A stretch of 45,892 bases of DNA, from assembly GCA_051439605.1 (NCBI GenBank), contig JBFRWN010000056.1, positions 1-45,892 on the forward strand, read 5' to 3'. The translations under genes and the position numbers were made by a program. Source of the DNA: Synechococcus sp. GTDB taxonomy: Bacteria > Cyanobacteriota > Cyanobacteriia > Thermostichales > PCC-7336. The notes below the pieces were generated by a model. The model did not search any database. It worked only from the letters and a program-made list of their open reading frames with translations, and was not told where the DNA came from. Positions 39,303 through 45,892 of this stretch are shown here, piece after piece (position 1 is the stretch's first letter; each line of letters starts with the position of its first letter).

Positions 39303-42067
39303 GTGAACGGGAAGAAACAGACGGACTGAAGAACCGAATCGGTCAGGTTGTAGCGCTTCTGGCCGAGGAACGCAAATATACCAGTATTGAAATTGCCGAG
39401 ACATTGTGGCTGGCGTTGCAGATCGAGCCAGCAGCCAAAGTTGAGTTGTCTCAGAAACCGGAAAAAACGCCAACAGCGACCGCAATTGCCTCAAAGCTTG
39501 AGGTTAACACTTCAAACATTAATACCCCTCTCATCGAACCCTCTAGATCGGGGCCCCAGGCTAAACTAACTGCTCAGGCTCCCGCAGGTGTATTGCCACG
39601 CGATGTACTCCCTGTTTGGCTTCCCGACCCGACCATGCTGAAGGATCCCCTTGCGATCGTTGGGGCTCTTAAACCTCTACTGCGAAAAGTGAGGGCTGGA
39701 GATGGGAAACGTCTGGACGAACGTGCAACCGTCAATCGCATCGCTCGCACGCGGCTGTGGTTGCCGGTATTGCAAGCAGAGCAAGAGCCGTGGTTTGACA
39801 TCGTGCTGGTGGTAGATCGCGGTTCCTCGATGCATCCTTGGCAGCGTTTAGTTGACGATTTAGTCGGTATTTTTCGGCGTTACGGTGCGTTTCGAGATCT
39901 TCAGGTGTTCGATCTGGAGGTTCACGATCCAACGGAGGAGCCTGAAGATAGAGTTCTGTTGCGAACTCATGCCAACCATCCGGGGCACCGTCCCAGCGAA
40001 CTGATTGATAAACGCGGGAGACGGATCGCGATTGTGTTGAGCGACTGTGCTGGTAAGTATTGGTGGGATGGAACGTTGCTGCCAATGCTGCAGGCTTGGG
40101 CCAAGATTATGCCCACTGTGGTGTGGCAGATGTTGCCAGAGTGGATGTGGGAGAGGACAGCTTTAGGTCGAGGTGTGGAGGTGACTCTACGAAATGACAG
40201 ACCTGGAGCGGCGAATCAGCAGTTAATTCAGCAGCTGTTGGAGCAAATGTCTGAGGAACCTAGTGATATCGATCGACGGGTTTCTGTCCCGGTGGTGACT
40301 AGCGAATTACGAGATCTGGAAAATTGGAGTGCGATGCTGGCGGGGGATAGCCGCGAGGCCACGCCTGGGTTTCTGTTGCCCCAACAACAGGGGCAGCTGG
40401 TGCCGAGGTCAAGAACGATTGAACAGCTGGCTCGGGAACGGGTGGATCGAAATTTTGAAGGGGATGGTGCTGTTGAACGGGCTAGAGCGATCGAGCTGGA
40501 GGTGGAGGCAATCGCCCGTACCAGAGTGCAGCGGTTTCGCAAGCTAGCGTCACCTCAGGCCCGCCGGTTGGTGATGCTGCTGGCTGCGGCTCCCGTGATT
40601 ACATTGCCGGTGATGCGCTTGATTCGCGATTCCATGCTGCACGACACGCGATCGCCGCTACCAGTGGCGGAGGTGTTTTTGAGCGGGCTGTTGCAGCGGT
40701 TGGAGGGGCAGGAGGGTGTCAAACGTAGGGAGCAGGTGCAATATGACTTTGTGAAAATGGTGCGTGAAGTGTTGTTGGGGGTGTTGCCAGAGGCGGACAC
40801 GATTGAGGTGATTAACAGCGTGTCTGCGGAAGTGGAGAGGAATTGGAGTAAGACGTCAAAGCAGGATTTTCGAGCATTTCTGACCGATCCCAATTCCGAT
40901 ACACCGGAGGGAATGGAGGGGGTGCGATCGTTTGCCAGCGTGACGGCCACGATTCTGGAACAGCTGGGGGGGGAATATAAGGAGTTTGCTCAAGAACTGC
41001 GCTATGGGTCGGGTGAAGGACCAAGGCCACCAAAACGTTCAGAAAAGGAGCCTGACTTTACCCTGCATGACGTGGAATACAAAGTCGCCAAACTGATAGT
41101 AGACTTCCCTCCCTTACAAGAGTGCAAATTCGAGTCCGTCACCATTGCTGCCGTCCAAGATCGCTTCGACTTCGAGACTGCAACCCTAACAAGAAAATCA
41201 AAAGATTTGGGGCCGGATCGAGGATGGCGTCGCGAGAACCGCCGAGGGGTTGCTTGGGGCTACAGCGAAATTCTGAACGACGATCCCGATAATCCCATCG
41301 TCCTAGACACAATCGCGATCCCCGGCGGCAGCTTTCAGATGGGAGCACCCAAGGATGAATTGGAGTGCCGAGATGAGGAACGGCCCCAACACGCAGTCAC
41401 TCTGCAGCCCTTTCACATCGGCCGCTATCCGGTTACCCAAGCCCAGTGGCGAGTGGTGGCAAGTTACGACTCTGTAGACAAAGACCTCAAACTAGATCCG
41501 TCGGAGTTCACAGGAGGTAACCGCCCGGTTGAGAGCGTGACTTGGGAGGATGCGCAGGAGTTTTGCAAGCGGTTATCTGCCAAAACCGGCAAGGACTATC
41601 GCTTACCTAGCGAGGCGGAATGGGAGTATGCCTGCCGAGCTGGAACCACCACCCCGTTTCATTTTGGCGAAACGATTACGACCGACTTGGCAAATTATTG
41701 TGGCACAGATGATAAAAAATTCGGTTGGTCAGGGTCTTACGGCGATGGCCCTAAAGGGGAATATCGCGAGCAAACCACCGAGGTCGGTATCTTTCCTGCC
41801 AACGGGTGGGGGCTGCACGACATGCACGGGAACGTGTGGGAATGGTGCGAGGACGACTGGCATGACAGCTATAAGGAAGCACCGGATGACGGTAGTGCTT
41901 GGGTAGAAACGAGCCGGGAGGGGTCTGATAGGCTGCTGCGGGGCGGTTCCTGGGTCAACGATCCTTGGTATTGCCGTTCGGCCTCTCGCATCGTCGATTC
42001 GCGCGGCGTCATCAACGGCCTCGTGGGTTTTCGTGTCTGTTGCGTGCCCCCGAGGGCTCCTTCTTAG
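39299..42067 (+). CDS. SAV_2336-like vWA domain protein with C-terminal FGE-sulfatase/CLec domain, DGR target 2
   Basis: EIAETLWLA, LDERATV, LVVDRGSSM (MIDAS-like), LSDC, LPEWMWERTAL, AEVFLSGLL; C-terminal FGE domain ending in VR2; ATGA overlap with MoxR. Confidence 0.9.
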   Translation: MSEREETDGLKNRIGQVVALLAEERKYTSIEIAETLWLALQIEPAAKVELSQKPEKTPTATAIASKLEVNTSNINTPLIEPSRSGPQAKLTAQAPAGVLPRDVLPVWLPDPTMLKDPLAIVGALKPLLRKVRAGDGKRLDERATVNRIARTRLWLPVLQAEQEPWFDIVLVVDRGSSMHPWQRLVDDLVGIFRRYGAFRDLQVFDLEVHDPTEEPEDRVLLRTHANHPGHRPSELIDKRGRRIAIVLSDCAGKYWWDGTLLPMLQAWAKIMPTVVWQMLPEWMWERTALGRGVEVTLRNDRPGAANQQLIQQLLEQMSEEPSDIDRRVSVPVVTSELRDLENWSAMLAGDSREATPGFLLPQQQGQLVPRSRTIEQLARERVDRNFEGDGAVERARAIELEVEAIARTRVQRFRKLASPQARRLVMLLAAAPVITLPVMRLIRDSMLHDTRSPLPVAEVFLSGLLQRLEGQEGVKRREQVQYDFVKMVREVLLGVLPEADTIEVINSVSAEVERNWSKTSKQDFRAFLTDPNSDTPEGMEGVRSFASVTATILEQLGGEYKEFAQELRYGSGEGPRPPKRSEKEPDFTLHDVEYKVAKLIVDFPPLQECKFESVTIAAVQDRFDFETATLTRKSKDLGPDRGWRRENRRGVAWGYSEILNDDPDNPIVLDTIAIPGGSFQMGAPKDELECRDEERPQHAVTLQPFHIGRYPVTQAQWRVVASYDSVDKDLKLDPSEFTGGNRPVESVTWEDAQEFCKRLSAKTGKDYRLPSEAEWEYACRAGTTTPFHFGETITTDLANYCGTDDKKFGWSGSYGDGPKGEYREQTTEVGIFPANGWGLHDMHGNVWEWCEDDWHDSYKEAPDDGSAWVETSREGSDRLLRGGSWVNDPWYCRSASRIVDSRGVINGLVGFRVCCVPPRAPS
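41933..42052 (+). repeat. DGR variable repeat VR2
   Basis: 120-nt ungapped match to TR; 16 mismatches at TR adenines and 1 non-A (CGC>CGT). Confidence 0.95.
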
Positions 42068-42124
42068 CTTTTAAGCCCTTAGTCCCTTAGCCCTTAACGG
42101 TTTAATTTTCTTAGCACTTTCTTA

Positions 42125-42139
42125 ATCGCCGCAGGCGAT
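42125..42139 (+). promoter_or_regulatory. Post-VR hairpin ATCGCC-GCA-GGCGAT (candidate DGR target-recognition stem-loop)
   Basis: Perfect 6-bp stem with GCA loop; identical copy at 44786-44800 downstream of VR3. Confidence 0.6.
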
Positions 42140-42148
42140 CGAATTATC

Positions 42149-42505
42149 GTGGCTATATCAACCAAGGGCGAACTCCCCATTGTGCAAAAGACCTACGACC
42201 TCATCAAGTGGTACGTCCCCATCCTGAATCGCCTTCCGCGCGACCACAAATTTGGCCTGGGCGATCGTATGATAAGGTCCCTCTACGATCTGCTGGAAGG
42301 CTTTGTCTCCGCCCGCTATGCCAAAAACAAAGGGGCTATCCTCGAACCCTTGAGCAGCAAGTTAGACGTCCTGCAATACCAAACCCGCCTGCTATTGGAC
42401 TTCGAGCTGGTCAAGGTCAAACGCTACGAATTTGCCAGCCGCAAACTCGAGGAGCTGGGGCGACAATTGACCGGTTGGTTGGGAGCATTGCGAACTCAAC
42501 CATGA
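42149..42505 (+). CDS. avd: DGR accessory variability determinant Avd
   Basis: 118-aa basic helical protein ELPIVQKTYDLIKWYVPILNRLPRDHKFGLGDR...ELGRQLTGW; ATGA overlap with the RT start. Confidence 0.92.
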   Translation: MAISTKGELPIVQKTYDLIKWYVPILNRLPRDHKFGLGDRMIRSLYDLLEGFVSARYAKNKGAILEPLSSKLDVLQYQTRLLLDFELVKVKRYEFASRKLEELGRQLTGWLGALRTQP

Positions 42506-43566
42506 AACGTCATGGCAACCTGTATCCGCAAATTACCGCATTTGAGAACCTGCTAATTGCGGCCAGAAAAGCCGAACGGCAATAGCGCTATCGCCCGTCA
42601 GTCTTGGCCTTTAACGATCGCCTCGAACGGGAGCTGCTGCAGCGGCATCGGGAACTGCAGGCGAAAAGCTATCGACCAGGAAGCTACAAGACCTTCGAGA
42701 TTTACGAGCCCAAGCACCGCGTCATCTCTGCTGCCCCCTACCGCGATCGCGTTGTACACCATGCTCTGTGCAACATCATCGTCCCCATCTTCGACAGAAC
42801 CTTTATCACCACCACCTACGCTAACCGCAAAGGCTACGGCACCCACCGCGCCCTGAAGAAATTCGTCCAATACACCCGCTCCAGTCGCTACGTACTGCAA
42901 TGCGACATCTGCAAGTATTTTCCATCCATCGATATCGCCATACTCAAGCAGCTGATTCGACGCAAGCTCAAATGCAAAGACACCCTGTGGTTAATCGATA
43001 CCATTCTGGACAATCGCAGTGAAGGGGAAACCCCGATCAACTACTTTCCAGGAGACACCCTGCTCACTCCGCTAGAGCGCCCCAAAGGACTGCCCATCGG
43101 CAATCTCAGCAGCCAGTTTTTTGCCAATGTCTACCTCAGCGGCTTCGATCGCTACGTCAAAGAAACCCTCAAAGTCTCGAAATACCTTCGTTACGTTGAT
43201 GATTTTTGCTTGTTCGGCGATGACCGAGAATTTCTGAGTGACTGTCGCACAAAGATCGAAGCCTATCTCGCCAGCCTGCGCTTGAAGATTCATCCCATTA
43301 AAAGTCAGCTAATGCAAACCCGCATCGGTCCCAGATTTGTAGGCTTTCGAGTCTTGCCCGATCGCATTCGGGTGCGTAACCACAACCTGCAAACCGGACG
43401 CAGGCGTCTCAAACAGCTTCAGTTGGCCTATGCAAACGGTCAGCTATCGGAGCAAGAGGTGTCCCAACGTTTGCAGAGTTGGAATGCCCATCTAGCCCAC
43501 GGCGACACCTGGCGACTGCGCCAGAAAATCTTTAACAATCTGAATTTACCAAACCCGCTACAGTAA
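42502..43566 (+). pseudogene. DGR reverse transcriptase interrupted by an in-frame TAG at 42583-42585
   Basis: ATG 42502 [36 protein letters not shown] continues in the same frame into [46 protein letters not shown]. Confidence 0.9.
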
Positions 43567-43586
43567 AGGCGGGGCGGGCAGGGTAG

Positions 43587-43706
43587 CTGCTGCGGGGCGG
43601 TTCCTGGAACAACAATCCTAGGAATTGCCGTTCGGCCTCTCGCAACAACAATTCGCGCGACAACATCAACAACAACGTGGGTTTTCGCGTCTGTTGCGTG
43701 CCCCCG
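43587..43706 (+). repeat. DGR template repeat (TR)
   Basis: Intergenic, 20 bp after the RT stop. In target frame it reads [40 protein letters not shown], with 25 adenines in 11 AAY codons plus AGG, GAC, ATC. Confidence 0.96.
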
Positions 43707-43860
43707 AGCACTCTTCGCCGCGAGAGCTGGCTGGTGGGAATCAGTCGGGAGTGCATGAAGAGTCCAGACCCGTTCCGGCGATGCGCAAGCATCCAAAAAT
43801 CCCCAGCGGTTGAATAGCTTGGTAGGGTTAGCCCGAACAGTCATCCAACCGCTCCTTCTC
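43707..43860 (+). ncRNA. Structured DGR RNA spacer downstream of TR
   Basis: ACTCTTC/GAAGAGT pairing (43710-43716 with 43757-43763), GATGC-GCAA-GCATC hairpin (43780-43793), AGCGGTTG/CAACCGCT stem (43805-43812 with 43846-43853). Confidence 0.55.
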
Positions 43861-43885
43861 TACCTCTTTCCCTTCCAAATCACTG

Positions 43886-44737
43886 ATGGCAGACGGAACT
43901 ACTACCCCTGAACGACGGTTCGTCCTTAACCGACGACCCCATAGCGGGCAGTACTTCACCGAGCCGCTGGGCCAGGGAATCGGCATCGATATGATGCTGA
44001 TACGAGGGGGAACCTTTTTGATGGGTTCCCCTGCTGGTGAAATTGGCAGTAACGACAGCGAGCAACCTCAACACAAAGTCACAGTACCGACGTTTTTCAT
44101 GTCCCGTACCCCCATTACCCAAGCGCAATGGAAGCGGGTCGCAGATCCCATTCCTGATAGAAAAGGTCGAAATTATCTAGAGCCAGATCCTTCTAGATAC
44201 AAAGGGGATAACCGCCCAGTCGAACAGGTGAGCTGGGACGATGCTACCGAGTTTTGTCAGTTACTTTCACAGCAGACCGGACGAACCTATTGTCTACCCA
44301 GCGAAGCGGAGTGGGAATACGCCTGCCGCGCAGGAACTACAACCCCGTTTCACTTTGGGGAAACGATAAGCGACGAACTGGCAAACTACGATGCAAGAAA
44401 GACTTACGGAAGAGGGGTTGTCGGAGAGTATCGGGGTGAGACGACTGAAGTCGGTAATTTCCCACCCAACCGATTTGGTTTATTCGACATGCACGGCAAC
44501 GTATGGGAGTGGTGCCAAGATCATTTTAATAGTAGCTATGAAGGTGCACCTGAGGACGGGAGTGCATGGTTAGAGACGAACGATGAAGGGACAGCAAAAG
44601 TGCTGCGGGGCGGTTCCTGGGACGACGTTCCTGGGAATTGCCGTTCGGCCTCTCGCGTCATCGGTTCGCGCGGCATCGACGACGGCGTGGGTTTTCGCGT
44701 CTGTTACGTGCCCCCGAGGATTCTTCTTAGCTCTTAA
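43886..44737 (+). CDS. Stand-alone FGE-sulfatase (CLec-fold) protein, DGR target 3
   Basis: FLMGS, PITQAQW, PVEQVSWDDA, LPSEAEWEYACRAG, DMHGNVWEWC, RGGSW, GFRVC; the 3' end is VR3. Confidence 0.92.
   Translation: MADGTTTPERRFVLNRRPHSGQYFTEPLGQGIGIDMMLIRGGTFLMGSPAGEIGSNDSEQPQHKVTVPTFFMSRTPITQAQWKRVADPIPDRKGRNYLEPDPSRYKGDNRPVEQVSWDDATEFCQLLSQQTGRTYCLPSEAEWEYACRAGTTTPFHFGETISDELANYDARKTYGRGVVGEYRGETTEVGNFPPNRFGLFDMHGNVWEWCQDHFNSSYEGAPEDGSAWLETNDEGTAKVLRGGSWDDVPGNCRSASRVIGSRGIDDGVGFRVCYVPPRILLSS
44600..44716 (+). repeat. DGR variable repeat VR3
   Basis: Matches TR with 15 adenine-position substitutions, a 3-nt deletion, one internal non-A change (TGC>TAC) and a mismatch at the first base. Confidence 0.93.
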
Positions 44738-44810
44738 GCCCTTAGCCCCTTAGCCCTTGATGGTTTAATTTTTTGCACTTTCCCCATCGCCGCAGGCGAT
44801 CCGAATTATC

Positions 44811-44891
44811 CTGGCTAAATCAATCCAGGGGAATCGCCCTATCGTGCAAAAGACCTACGATCGCATCAAGTGTTACGGCTCCATCCTGAAT
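44811..44891 (+). pseudogene. Degenerate 5' fragment of a second avd copy
   Basis: LAKSIQGNRPIVQKTYDRIKCYGSILN versus Avd MAISTKGELPIVQKTYDLIKWYVPILN; start GTG changed to CTG; similarity ends abruptly at 44891. Confidence 0.8.
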
Positions 44892-45892
44892 ACTGGAGTT
44901 TTAACTAACGACCGGTCAAAAAAAATGTCGATGCATGGCACCGACTGTCATAGGGTCAAGGTCACGAATGCAAATGGACCTGCCCTCTATGATTTTCCAA
45001 CGCCTGAAGCAGTTTCGCCAAACGATCTACGGCCTACTGGGTCGTGGCAAGGATGTGCTGTTTGAGCTAATGGATGCAGCATTAACTACGTCCGAGGTCA
45101 CCTCGTTAGTCAGACTGTCCCAGAGTCCGTTATTTCGCCGTCAGTGGGCGAGCATCTACAGTGCACTCAAGGCAGCTCGCCTGCCTCGCAAGAAGCTGAT
45201 GAAGCAGTTGCTGGCTGAAATTCCCTGTGAACGAGCACCGTTGTTGGCAGGGGACGCGAGCTTATGGCCTCGGCCCGAAGCCAAGACTTTGAAAGACCGA
45301 ACCTTTGGGCGGGGTAGCCGTGGGGGCATCTGTGTGGGCCAAAGCTACAGTACTTTGGCGTGGATTCCCGAGGCAGAAGGGAGTTGGGCGCTTCCCCTGC
45401 AGCACGAGCGCATCACCAGCTTTGAAACGCCAGGGAGCAAAGGAGCCTTTCAACTCAAACAAGTCTGTCGGTATTTACCAGTGCGTCCGTTAGTCGCTTA
45501 TGACCGGGGGTATGGGAATGGTCGCTTTGTCAACGCCACCACTGAGGTCGAAGCAGATCTGCTGCTGCGCTTAGCAGGAAATCGCTGTGTGTGGGGCGCT
45601 CCCCCACCGTACTCTGGCCGAGGAGCGCCCCGAAAACATGGGGTCAAATTCAAGTTCAGTGCCCCTGAGACCTGGCCAGTCGCCGACGAAACTATCGAAG
45701 TGGATGACCCCAAGCTGGGCCGGGTCAAGGTCAGCCGTTGGCACAACTACCATTTTCGCAACTCCCCCAAGCGCCCCATGGACATTCTGCGAGTGGAGGT
45801 GCTGCAGCCGAAAGGCCGCAGGCGCAAGTTCAAACCTCTCTGGTTGGCCTGGGTGAGGGAGAAGCTCCTGCCGCTGGAACAGCTGTGGAAAA
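44892..45892 (+). mobile_element. Insertion sequence (IS701-like DDE element), incomplete at window edge
   Basis: Abrupt break of avd homology at 44891/44892 followed by a transposase ORF; left end is approximate. Confidence 0.7.
44974..45892 (+). CDS. DDE transposase (IS701-like), 3'-partial; absent from the ORF track because it has no stop in the window
   Basis: Manual translation: ...DVLFELMDAALT...SPLFRRQWASIYSAL...LAGDASLWPRPEAKTLKDR...GQSYSTLAWIPE..GSWALPL...AYDRGYGN...GRGAPRKHG...KPLWLAW; start at 44974 or 44989. Confidence 0.8.
   Translation, partial: MDLPSMIFQRLKQFRQTIYGLLGRGKDVLFELMDAALTTSEVTSLVRLSQSPLFRRQWASIYSALKAARLPRKKLMKQLLAEIPCERAPLLAGDASLWPRPEAKTLKDRTFGRGSRGGICVGQSYSTLAWIPEAEGSWALPLQHERITSFETPGSKGAFQLKQVCRYLPVRPLVAYDRGYGNGRFVNATTEVEADLLLRLAGNRCVWGAPPPYSGRGAPRKHGVKFKFSAPETWPVADETIEVDDPKLGRVKVSRWHNYHFRNSPKRPMDILRVEVLQPKGRRRKFKPLWLAWVREKLLPLEQLWK

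Larger units (their letters stand above)
42149..43860 (+). mobile_element. Diversity-generating retroelement core (avd - RT - TR - spacer)
   Basis: Avd, DGR-type RT and adenine-rich TR adjacent and co-oriented, with three matching VRs nearby. Confidence 0.95.

Noticed and set aside
42208..42585. 125-aa ORF overlapping avd
   Set aside because: Only its last 27 codons are real (the RT N-terminus before the TAG); the rest is an alternate frame of avd.
42502..43566. RT as a group II intron or retron enzyme
   Set aside because: About 354 codons with no maturase or endonuclease extension; the [10 protein letters not shown] motif plus adjacent avd and TR indicate DGR class.
43440..43844. Minus-strand ORFs over the TR and plus-strand ORF 43625..43813
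   Set aside because: Shadow frames of the low-complexity AAC-rich TR; no protein features.
35021..44800. Repeated ~120-nt units and CCCTTAG repeats as a CRISPR array
   Set aside because: Copies are kilobases apart, lie in gene 3' ends, differ at adenines, and there are no spacers or cas genes; a DGR explains them.
44844..45065. 73-aa ORF after target 3
   Set aside because: Chimera of the avd remnant and out-of-frame IS sequence.
1..45892. Frequent GCGATCGC octamers as a locus-specific repeat
   Set aside because: This is the genome-wide cyanobacterial HIP1 sequence; useful only as a taxonomic hint.

Overview
Cyanobacterial chromosomal window (frequent HIP1 octamer GCGATCGC; SigF, Tic22, Uma2 and CYP110-like genes). 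The first 27.8 kb is a patchwork of housekeeping and accessory genes. It includes a GrrA/GrrM/GrrP radical-SAM cyclophane (triceptide) RiPP cluster at 9.4-11.9 kb and a zone of decayed toxin-antitoxin/Uma2 genes. 27.9-34.2 kb is an Lrp-regulated tyrosine/homogentisate catabolic cluster (hppD, hmgA, fahA) with no visible maiA but two translationally coupled unknown genes, one a heme-oxygenase-like dimetal protein. The main feature is at 34.3-44.9 kb: a diversity-generating retroelement (avd, RT, 120-nt template repeat at 43587-43706) built into an EAD1-trypsin / EAD1-VMAP / MoxR / vWA conflict operon. One TR matches three variable repeats in three FGE-sulfatase (C-type-lectin-fold) genes. By manual alignment, 47 of 50 substitutions fall on TR adenines (excluding one mismatch at the VR3 5' boundary base), and VR3 has a one-codon deletion. 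The RT has an in-frame TAG at codon 28. The third target is followed by a degenerate copy of the avd 5' end, cut by an IS transposase that runs off the window. All calls are from reading the sequence and ORF track by eye; no searches were run.
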